Source: Pseudovirgaria hyperparasitica (taxonomy: Eukaryota). Taken from it: a stretch of DNA of 64,000 nt. Each line of letters starts with the position of its first letter. The stretch's first letter is position 1. The stretch lies in assembly GCA_010093815.1 (NCBI GenBank), contig ML996575.1; one strand, written 5' to 3'. The notes beneath the pieces were generated by a model. The model had not been told where the DNA came from. It did no database searches and saw only the letters and a list, made by a program, of their open reading frames with translations. The translations under genes were made by a program, and so were the position numbers. Of this stretch, positions 36,891 to 46,283 are shown one piece after another.

Positions 36891-39800
36891 ATGTCTCTCT
36901 GCGCCCGCGCAGGTCGCGCAACTTCAAAGCTTCTGCAGCAACCCACCACATATCGACTTTCCCGGCGATGCCTTAATACATCCGCTGCTCATCCTCGGCC
37001 AGTTTTCGTCTGCAGGTCGCAGCTGAATTCGCCCAAAAGTCAATTGCGATCTTTCACAAGATCTGCAGTCGCTAGGAATGCCTCTCAAGAGGCCCCGAAC
37101 TCTCAAGCATACTTGAACAGTGGTGCAATCTCAGGGGCTAGGAATCTTGTCAACGTAAAGAAGGTACTCGTCATTGGCAGCGGTGGCCTCAGTATTGGGC
37201 AAGCTGGTGAATTTGACTACTCTGGTGAGTCACGAGTGGGCGATCAGGCCTGGTCACAATATTAGCACCGATATAACTTACCTCACTTTGGCATATAACT
37301 ACAACAGTATACGAGACCAATAGCTAACGAGTGCAACGCATAGGGTCCCAAGCTCTCAAAGCCCTCAAGGAAGCGGGCGTTCAGTCGGTTCTCATTAACC
37401 CTAACATCGCTACCATCCAGACCTCCCACGTCCTAGCAGATCAAATCTATTATCTACCAGTCACCCCTGAATACGTCACATATGTCATTGAAAAAGAAAG
37501 ACCAGATGGCATCTTCCTCAGCTTTGGTGGCCAGACCGCCCTTAATTTGGGTGTGCGCATGAACAAGATGGGTATCTTCGAGCGATACGGAGTGCAAGTT
37601 CTTGGTACGAGCATCAAGACTTTGGAGACCAGCGAGGACCGAGACCTCTTCGCCCAAGCACTCAACGAGATCAATATTCCTATTGCAGAGTCCATTGCCG
37701 TTTCGACCATCGATGAGGCCCTCAAAGCTGCAAGCAAGATCGGGTACCCCATTATTGTGCGTGCTGCTTATGCCCTTGGTGGTCTAGGATCTGGCTTCGC
37801 AAACAATGAAGAAGAACTTCGAGATCTGTCTGCTCGCTCACTTACCCTCTCTCCTCAAATTCTGGTCGAGAAATCCCTGCGAGGCTGGAAGGAGGCTGAA
37901 TATGAAGTGGTACGCGATGCCAGTGACAACTGTATCACTGTGTGTAATATGGAAAACTTTGACCCCCTTGGCGTTCACACTGGTGACAGCATCGTCGTGT
38001 CTCCCAGTCAGACTTTCAGTGACGAGGAATACCACATGCTCAGGTCTGCGGCCATCAAGATTGTCCGCCACCTAGGCGTTGTAGGCGAATGTAATGTGCA
38101 ATATGCTCTGCAACCCGATGGTCTCGACTACAGGGTCATCGAAGTCAATGCCCGTCTCTCCAGGTCTTCGGCTCTTGCATCCAAGGCTACTGGCTACCCC
38201 CTGGCCTACACCGCAGCCAAAATCGGTCTTGGTCACACTCTTCCTGAACTACCAAACGCCGTGACAAAAACAACAACTGCAAACTTCGAGCCTAGTTTGG
38301 ATTACATCGTGACCAAGATGCCTCGATGGGATCTCAGCAAATTCCAGAACGTCAAGCGCGATATCGGAAGTTCGATGAAGTCTGTCGGCGAGGTAATGGC
38401 CATTGGAAGGACGTTTGAAGAATCGTTCCAGAAGGCTTGTCGACAGGTTGACCCTAGGTTCCTCGGCTTCCAAGGCGACAAATTCGACGATCTTGATGAA
38501 ACCCTCAGGAACCCGACGGATCGCAGATGGCTCGCCGTTGGTCAAGCTATGTTCCACGAGGGCTATTCTGTGGACAAGGTCCATGACTTGACCAAGATTG
38601 ACAAGTGGTTCCTGTACAAGCTGCAGAATATTGTTGATTGCACCAACGAGCTGCAGGAAATTGGCAGCCTCTTCGGCCTCCGACAAGAGATCATTCTCAA
38701 GGCCAAGAAGCTGGGTTTCTCTGATAAGCAAATCGCCAAGGCTGTCAACAGCACCGAGGACGAGGTCCGCGCTCGCAGGAAGAGCTTTGGTATCAAGCCT
38801 TGGGTCAAGAAGATTGACACTCTTGCTGCTGAATTTCCAGCGGATACTAACTATCTCTATACTACTTATAATGCCAGTTCTCACGATGTCACTTTCGACG
38901 ATCATGGAGTTATTGTACTTGGGAGCGGTGTCTACCGTATTGGCAGCTCCGTCGAATTCGACTGGTGTGCTGTCAATGCGACCCTGTCGCTGAACAAACT
39001 CGGCAAGAGGACCGTTATGATCAATGTGAGTCGAAATGCATATATTGTATTTCTCAAGTCTCGCCATCCCCGGACCCCTTTTGCTTCTCTACGACATTGC
39101 TCGCTCTTTTCTTCGATGGATATCTTCTTTCCTTCCTCACTTCATTTCATTACGTTTGTGCACAACATCGTCGCACAGTAGATGTTTTCTCAATTTTGTC
39201 CATTCGCTAACTTGAATCATAGTGTAAGCCTTCTCCCCATCACATCATTGACCCCATAATCCCCTCACCCGGGGCACGATTCTGGAATGCCTGGTCACCG
39301 TATTGCGTTCCTGCCGGATACCGGATATCCGAAGCAACATCCCCATCTGTATCGATTACATCAATTGCCCGTTCCCAGTCCAATGCCTCTAACCAAATCC
39401 CTGCCACTGAGTATCGCACATCAATTCCCGTCCCTGGAAATTGTCAAAGCATCTGGCTATCGTCAACAATCACTTCAATCATCATCATGGCTACCGTTGC
39501 CCTGAATTTGTCCCCATCTCGCCGCGATATTGTTATCTACCGGGCTCCCTACTCACTTCCAAGCCATTTGTTCATTTGTTTCCTCTTGCAACGTATAGCT
39601 AACTTTGCGCAGACAATCCAGAAACCTATAGTACTGACTTCGACGTCGCCGACAGACTGTACTTTGAGGAGCTGAGCTATGAGCGGGTGATGGATATCTA
39701 TGAGATGGAATCTGCCACCGGTGTAGTAGTATCTGTCGGAGGCCAGCTCCCCCAGAACATCGCTCTCAAGCTTCAGGAGGATGGCAAAGCGAAGGTTCTG

Positions 39801-41151
39801 GGCACAAACCCCAACGACATTGACAAGGCCGAGGACCGACACAAGTTCTCGCAGATTCTCGACTCGATCGGTGTTGATCAGCCTGCGTGGAAGGAGCTTA
39901 CTTCGTTCCAAGAGGCTAAAGAATTTGCCAATTCTGTCAGCTATCCGGTCCTGGTACGCCCTAGCTACGTGCTCTCTGGTGCTGCCATGACCGTCATTCA
40001 CTCAGAAAGTGAGCTGGAAGAGAAGTTGACAGCTGCGAGCAACGTCTCTCCTGACCACCCTGTCGTCATCACCAAGTTTATCGAGGGTGCCCAGGAGATT
40101 GATGTTGATGGTGTTGCGTCAAATGGCGAGCTACTTATCCACGCCGTCAGCGAACACATTGAAAATGCGGGCGTTCACTCTGGAGATGCCACATTGGTGC
40201 TACCACCGGCCTCTCTTTCCGAGGATATCATCAAGCGCGTCAAGGAAATTGCTCAGAAGGTCGCCAAGGCTTGGAGTATCACTGGACCTTTTAACATGCA
40301 GATCATCAAGGCTGAGGACCCAGAAGGTGGCGAGCCGGCGCTCAAGGTCATCGAATGCAATCTTCGTGCCTCTCGATCGTTCCCCTTTGTCAGCAAGGTC
40401 TTGGGTACCAACTTCATTGATGTTGCTACCAAGGCTCTTGTTGGTAAGGATGTTCCTGGACCTGTCGACCCGATGGCGGAGAAGAGAGATTATCTTGCGA
40501 CCAAGGTGCCTCAATTTTCGTGGACCCGTCTCGCTGGTGCGGACCCATACCTGGGCGTTGAGATGGCTAGCACGGGTGAGATGGCTTGCTTCGGGACGAA
40601 CCTTGTCGAAGCCTACTGGGCCTCTATTCAGTCCACGATGAACTTCCGCATGCCTGAGCCCGGGGAGGGTCTCCTGTTTGGAGGCGATATCAGTGCGCCC
40701 CACCTGGCCAAGATTGTAGACTACATCAACCCGTTGGGCTACAAGCTGTATGCCGCAAACGAGGAGGTGAAGCAACATCTCGAGCAGGGATCCAAGGACA
40801 ACAGCGTGAGCGTCGAAGTGATTGAATTCCCCAAGCAGGACAAGCGTGCGCTGCGCGAAGTCTTTGAGAAGTACGACATCCGCGGAGTCTTTAACTTGGC
40901 CAAGGTCCGCGCGAGCAGCTTGGTGGATGAGGACTACGTTATGAGGAGGAACGCGGTCGACTTTGGCGTTCCATTATTCATGGAGCCACAAGTAAGTTTT
41001 GGACTCTGACATGTTTGCACGCGCGTATTAACGACCCAACCAGACCGCTGTGCTTTTCGCGCGATGCATGAGCGAGAAGCTCCCCAGGAAGGAAGGTATA
41101 CCCCCAGAAGTGCGCCCGTGGACCGACTTTGTCGGCGGCAAAGTGATCTGA
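36891..41151 (+). CDS. CPA2: Carbamoyl-phosphate synthase arginine-specific large chain with mitochondrial presequence. Exons 36891-37224, 37344-39025, 39223 (1 nt), 39613-40991, 41044-41151
   Basis: R/S-rich presequence, then [26 protein letters not shown], two ATP-grasp halves ([34 protein letters not shown]), [20 protein letters not shown], and a C-terminal MGS-like domain ([15 protein letters not shown]). There is no glutaminase, DHOase or ATCase part, so it is not URA2/pyr-3. Confidence 0.96.
39223..39223 (+). other. CPA2: Single-nucleotide microexon (T) of CPA2
   Basis: The upstream intron 39026-39222 is GTGAGT...GCTAAC(39206)...TAG and the downstream intron 39224-39612 is GTAAGC...GCTAAC(39598)...CAG. 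AAT|T|AC AAT CCA GAA gives N-Y-N-P-E in frame with ORF 39687-41009. Confidence 0.85.
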
Positions 41152-41339
41152 GCCGGCGATCCAAGAGACATGCATGCTGTCATTGGGAGAAGACAAGAGA
41201 AATACGTAAAGCAATATTTAGGACAACAGGAAATGGTCGAATGCTCTAAAGTGTGCGCAAAGTTGGGTTATTAATTGTAGATATTACGATCGGGCGGTCG
41301 GCGCACGCAGCTATGTTGTTCGAGCGAGAGAAAAAAAAT

Positions 41340-41431
41340 ATGCCCTATCAACGAGTGATTCAATGCCCTATCAACGAGTGATTCAATGCCCTATCAACGA
41401 GTGATTCAATGCCCTATTAACGAGTGATTCA
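41340..41431. repeat. Minisatellite, 4 x 23 bp (ATGCCCTATCAACGAGTGATTCA)
   Basis: Units start at 41340, 41363, 41386 and 41409. The first three are identical and the fourth has one C>T change. Confidence 0.95.
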
Positions 41432-41619
41432 ACAGTACGGTTCTTGCTGTTCCACTTATCTTCGTGCAAATGCCCTTTGTCTGTGACCGATTGAAGGAGC
41501 AGAGAGAGATTCAAAGCACTCGGACTCATACACACATATTTACAACATCAACAGCAAGAAGTCGTCAATACCTCCAGCCCTCCCCCCAACAAAAAGAGAT
41601 GCTAATAATAATAGACACT

Positions 41620-43100
41620 CACCTCAATTCCGTCCCATCGCCTAGAATTTCCGCCCGGCAGGAAACGACAAGACGCTCTGACGACAAGAGGGAAATGTGA
41701 TTACTTACCCCATTTCGATTTTGCTTATATAGGCCCGTGAGGCGGTTGATTCACGTCGCTAGCAAGAGTCTAGCGCCTGAGAATTCCCCCCCTGCTGGTA
41801 CTGGTAGTAAACGACAAGACGCTCAAGTATGGAGAAAGGGGGGGTTGGGGGAAGAATAGGGTTACCCTTCCTTTTTGAATCAACGGGTTGGGATGTCATA
41901 GGGCAGTCAATTTCACTTTACGACTGAATAGAGTCTAGCGCCATAAATCCCCCCGCGGAAAACGACTAGACGTTCGACGACGGAGGGGGGGATAGATATT
42001 ACCCTTTAAGTTTAGGACTAAGGGTTCTAATAGGTCTGTTCTATAATATAATGGGGATTTATATTATTTCGGTGGTGCGGTTCACTCTATTTTTATAATT
42101 CACTACCCTATCCGTGCTAGCGCATGAAATCCCCCCGCGAAAAATAACTAGACGTTCAACGATGAACACGCTATTAGATTACCCTTTCTATACTTAAGGG
42201 AGGTGCGCTATAGGGTAGGTAGGGTAGGTAGGTAGATAGTCTATTCACTCTATTTTTATAATTCACTACCTTATCCGGCTTAGCGCTATAAATCCCACCG
42301 CGGAAAACGAGTAGACGTTCGATGATAAACATGCTATGAGATTACCCTTTTTAAACTTAAGGGAGATACCCTATAGGGTGGATAGATAGGTAGGTAGGTA
42401 GGTAGATAGGTAGATAGGTAGATAAGTATTCTATTCACTCTATTCTTATACTCCCCCACCCAATCCGTGTACTTTCCCATAGAAAAAACAACACGACGTT
42501 CAACGATAGAGTTAGTATTAGATTACCCTTTTTAAACTTAGGGGAGGTACCCTATAGGGTAGGTAGGTAGGTAGATAGGTAGATAATTCACTCTATTTTT
42601 ATAATTCACTACCCTATCCGTCCTAGCGCTATAAATTCCCCTATAAAAAAGGACTAGACGTTCGACGGTATACATGCTATTAGATTACCCTTTCTAAACT
42701 TAAGGGAGGTGCGCTATAGGGTAGGTGGGTAGGTAGGTAGGTAGTCTATTCACTCTATTCTTATACTCCCTAACCCAAATCCATCCTAGCTCCCGCCGTT
42801 CCCCGTGAAAAACGACACGACGTTCAACGATAGAGGGGGTCCTAGGAATTCCCTATTTCGAAGTAATCGCTATAATTTCACTCTATTCTTATACTCCCCC
42901 ACCTAATCCATCCTAGCTCCCGTAGTCCCCCGCGAGAAACGACTAGACGTTCGATGATAAAGGGTGTCCTAGGAATTCCCTTTTTCAAAGTGATTACTAT
43001 AATTTCACTCTATTCTTACACTCCCCCACCCAAATCCGTCCTAGCTCCCGCAGTCCCCCGTGAAAAAAACGACACGACATTCAACGATGGAGGGGAAATT
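41620..43100. repeat. Degenerate non-coding tandem array of about 10 modules (period about 125-190 bp)
   Basis: The core AAACGAC(T/A)AGACG(T/C)TC(G/A)ACGA or close variants occurs near 41663, 41809, 41960, 42142, 42305, 42486, 42647, 42810, 42937 and 43067. It is preceded by CTAGC(G/T)C...CCCC and, from about 42081 onward, by TTCACTCTATT. (TAGG)n runs occur in the linkers. Confidence 0.9.
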
Positions 43101-43381
43101 AGAAGTTGCCTGTTTTGGAGTGAACTGTTGGTTGGTTGGTTGGTGGGTTGATTGGCGGGTTGATCAGGGGGTTAGAGTCATGGGATTAGTTAGTTAGATG
43201 GGATGTATATACAAGTGAAGAAAGAGGAAAAAGGGAAAAGATGAATTTGAAAAAAAAGAATGAAAAACAAAAATTCTATTTTCGACGTGTCTATTCGGCA
43301 TCTACTACTACCTACTACCCTCATCACTCTCAGCCCTGTCTGTCCAGAACAGCACTACCCTCCCCTCCACCCACATCCTCA

Positions 43382-45664
43382 TCATCCACCCTCCGACTGC
43401 TCTTCCTCCTCCCCAACAACAGCCGTATTCCTACCAACCCTCAACGGCAGCGGCACAGCCGCAACCTGGCTATACACCCTCTCCTGCCTCACCCTCTCCT
43501 GCCCCACCTCCCCCAGCCTCACCCTCTCCTGCATCACCCTCTCCCGCCTCACCTCCCCCAGCCTCACCCTCTCCCGCCTCGTCTTCCCAACCGGCAATCG
43601 CAATTTCAGTTGTAATGCAGCTGGTGCAGCTGGAGGAGGTGGTAAAGGCGGTACCACCCTCTGCCTCTGCCCCTGCCTCTGCCCCTGCCTCTGCCCCTGC
43701 CTCTGCCCCTGCCCCCGCTGATCAGGCACCTGCTTGCCCGGCTTCGCCGTCGAACGGTGGGAGAGCGATGAGGCGAGGGACTCGTGCGAGGTGCGGGGTG
43801 TTGTGTGGGGAGAGGAAGAAGAGGAAGAGGTGGTGGTGGAGGCGGTGGTGGAGGCGGTGCGTGGGGAGGATGGGTGTGAGGATGTGTGCAGAGAGCGGTG
43901 GGAGGGAGAGGGGGAGGGAGAGGGGGGTTGAGACGGGGATTGGGATTGGGATTGAGATTGTGATGGTGATTGGGATTGGGATGGTAGTTGTGATGGGGAG
44001 TGAGAAAGAGAATGAGAAAGAGCCGGCGAAGACGAAGACGAAGACGAAGCACAACCCTGCGTCCGGCGCGAGAAATTCGTTGCATCGGCAGATGCCTTCC
44101 CAGCAGTCAGCGGTCGAACAGCATGCTGCGAGTCCGTAGCCGTCTTGGGTATCACTGCTGCTGGAAGCATCGTCACCGTCAGCGGCGCACCCACACGCTC
44201 CCCAGCCATCACAACAGGCACAACCTGCACCCCCCCATCCACCACAGCCTCATCCCCAAGCCCACCCAGCCCACGCACCTCAGCACCGCGCCCAACACCA
44301 CGCGCATCATCCGTCTTCTTACGCGGCGGGACAGCCGGCACAACAGCAGGAACAGGCGGCTCAGGCAGAGGCAGTCTCAGCGGCGGCGGCGAAGTGAGCG
44401 CGGCTGGCAGGGCCTTTTCAGGGGGGTGGGAATCGTGAGGCTTGGGGACCGGGGGTGTTGCGATTCTCAGGGATGGCGGGGGAGAGGGGTCTAGGGAAGG
44501 TGGTGGTGGGGATTTGAAGGTGCGGGTGTCGAGGATGTCGTTGTTGGAGCGGGAGGCTTTGTTGGTGGTGGTGGTGGTGGTGGTGGTTGAAGGGGGTGGG
44601 TTGGCATCTCGGCTGGTGTCTGGTCGGTCGATTTGACGATACGAGGGGTGTAGTGGGATGGGGTTGGAGATCTTTCGGTAGACGACGCGTTCTGAGCTTG
44701 GTTGTGTATGGACACGACGATGATGATGATGATCGCGCCCTCTGCCTGCGTGAGCCACAACCTTACCGCCGCTCTTCACCGACCCAGGTTTCTTCAATCC
44801 AATCCTGGGCTCCTCTTTCCGTCTCGACCGCAGCATATCCACCCTCTGCTTCACCAGCAAAGCTTTCCTCTTGTACCCCAGCCTGAAACCAACCGGCACC
44901 TCATTCCCATCCTGACCATGCCGTCCACGAGCGAGACCCGTACCGCCATGCGACGACGCCGACAACACCTCACCAGCCTTCCGCAGACCAGCACCATCGT
45001 CCACCACCGCCACCAGCGTCGATGAAGCAGAAGCAGAAGCAGAAGCAGAAGCAGAAGCAGAAGCAGAACCAGAACCAGAACCAGAAATCAACCCCTCGAC
45101 CACACCCCCCAACTCCCTAAGCCCACGCCTCAGCACAAGAAACGCCTCCTCCTCCTCCTTCTCACGCCTCGCCCCAACACCACCACCAGCACCACAACCA
45201 GCACAACCAGCACCACCCCTCAACCCCTCAACCACGCCCCTCAACTCCGCCCTCTCCCCCCTCAACCGTGCCGAAACCCGCCTTTCATCCTCGAGCTGCC
45301 GGGCCAAAGCCTGCTTGTCGCCCTTTAGCCTCTGCACCTCGCGCTCGAGGCTGTCGTTGTGCGCGCGGGCTTCGTCTATGTGGTGTTGGAGGTTGGCGGT
45401 GAGGGACTTGAGGATGTCTTGTGGGTTTATGGTTGTGGTTTTGTTGCTGGCGGTGGATAGGGGGTTGGATAGGGGGTTGGATAGGGGGTTGGATAGGTGG
45501 TGTTTCGTGGTGGTGGAGGGTCTTGATGTGGATGTGGATGTGTTTGTGTGTGAGGCGTCTGTTCGGGGGGGTTTGATGGTGGAAGAAGAAGAGGAAGAGG
45601 AAGATGTAGCAGTAGTAGATATGCTGGATAGGAGGCCTTTGAGGCCAAAGTGTGGGGGTGACAT
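43382..45664 (-). CDS. Hypothetical low-complexity protein with an N-terminal coiled-coil (760 aa)
   Basis: 760-codon open frame with a heptad segment (LQHHIDEARAHNDSLEREVQRLKGDKQALARQLEDERRVSARLRGERAEL) and many in-frame simple repeats. Confidence 0.55.
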   Translation of the reverse strand: MSPPHFGLKGLLSSISTTATSSSSSSSSTIKPPRTDASHTNTSTSTSRPSTTTKHHLSNPLSNPLSNPLSTASNKTTTINPQDILKSLTANLQHHIDEARAHNDSLEREVQRLKGDKQALARQLEDERRVSARLRGERAELRGVVEGLRGGAGCAGCGAGGGVGARREKEEEEAFLVLRRGLRELGGVVEGLISGSGSGSASASASASASASASSTLVAVVDDGAGLRKAGEVLSASSHGGTGLARGRHGQDGNEVPVGFRLGYKRKALLVKQRVDMLRSRRKEEPRIGLKKPGSVKSGGKVVAHAGRGRDHHHHRRVHTQPSSERVVYRKISNPIPLHPSYRQIDRPDTSRDANPPPSTTTTTTTTNKASRSNNDILDTRTFKSPPPPSLDPSPPPSLRIATPPVPKPHDSHPPEKALPAALTSPPPLRLPLPEPPVPAVVPAVPPRKKTDDARGVGRGAEVRGLGGLGDEAVVDGGVQVVPVVMAGERVGAPLTVTMLPAAVIPKTATDSQHAVRPLTAGKASADATNFSRRTQGCASSSSSSSPALSHSLSHSPSQLPSQSQSPSQSQSQSQSPSQPPSPSPSPSHRSLHTSSHPSSPRTASTTASTTTSSSSSSPHTTPRTSHESLASSLSHRSTAKPGKQVPDQRGQGQRQGQRQGQRQGQRQRVVPPLPPPPAAPAALQLKLRLPVGKTRRERVRLGEVRRERVMQERVRLGEVGQERVRQERVYSQVAAVPLPLRVGRNTAVVGEEEEQSEGG

Positions 45665-46283
45665 GCTGGGTATACAACTCTATAAAGGTTAGGGGCTGGG
45701 CAGGGGATCGAAGGCTCGTGTAAGTTTGTGAGAGGAGGGTGAGAGAAGGAACGACCTGCGGGCTTTCACAGCCCTAAATACCTCCTTCATCCTCGTCCTC
45801 CTCGTCCTCGTCCTCCTCCAAGCCATCAACAACGTCGTCCTGTCTCACGCCAACAAAGCACCTTCAGACAAAGAAATTACATTGTGAAGAGATACCTACC
45901 ATCAATCAAGCTGAACAGCGCAAGGATGAGACCGACGACACATTCTGAACAACATAATAAAACGGTGGCGTCCCCCAAGGACAAGCCAAAAAAATATGGT
46001 TGGTGGTGTATGTACAGTCTGTCGTCTATAATAATGGCATATGCGAGGAATCGAGTATAGAGTTCCACCAAAGCCAGTTGTATGTATATATGTATGCCAT
46101 CCGACGTCTGAAGACGTCCCTAACCACTGCGATAGATTAAACAAAAGGGATTCAAAGCCGTGGGCTGAATGCTTATAATGCATGGAATGTTTTCTTGATC
46201 TCAATGCCTCTCGCTCGCTATGCAAAACCTGATAAAAATGTGCTCCCTGATTCGATATTACAGTCATGTCATGTTATTAAGTA

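Noticed and set aside
39026..39229. Canonical stwintron (internal intron splitting the donor of an external intron)
   Set aside because: The downstream donor GTAAGC is already intact and the intervening T is required in the mRNA, so it is exonic rather than part of a split splice signal.
39026..39612. Single 587-nt intron, two separate genes, or a CPA2 pseudogene
   Set aside because: A single intron causes a frameshift and loses the conserved Tyr. Internal branch, acceptor and donor signals around 39206-39229 explain the locus with a 1-nt exon, and both halves are otherwise intact.
38249..40778. Antisense ORFs (272, 150 and 192 aa) within CPA2
   Set aside because: Typical antisense shadows of a highly biased conserved gene.
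41340..41431. tetO-like operator array / vector contamination (CCCTATCA...GTGAT)
   Set aside because: Only partial resemblance; it lacks the tetO palindrome TCCCTATCAGTGATAGAGA and no other vector sequence is present.
41620..43100. CRISPR-like repeat/spacer array
   Set aside because: The repeats are long and degenerate, the linkers are homologous to one another and microsatellite-derived rather than unique spacers, the context is eukaryotic and no cas-like gene is nearby.
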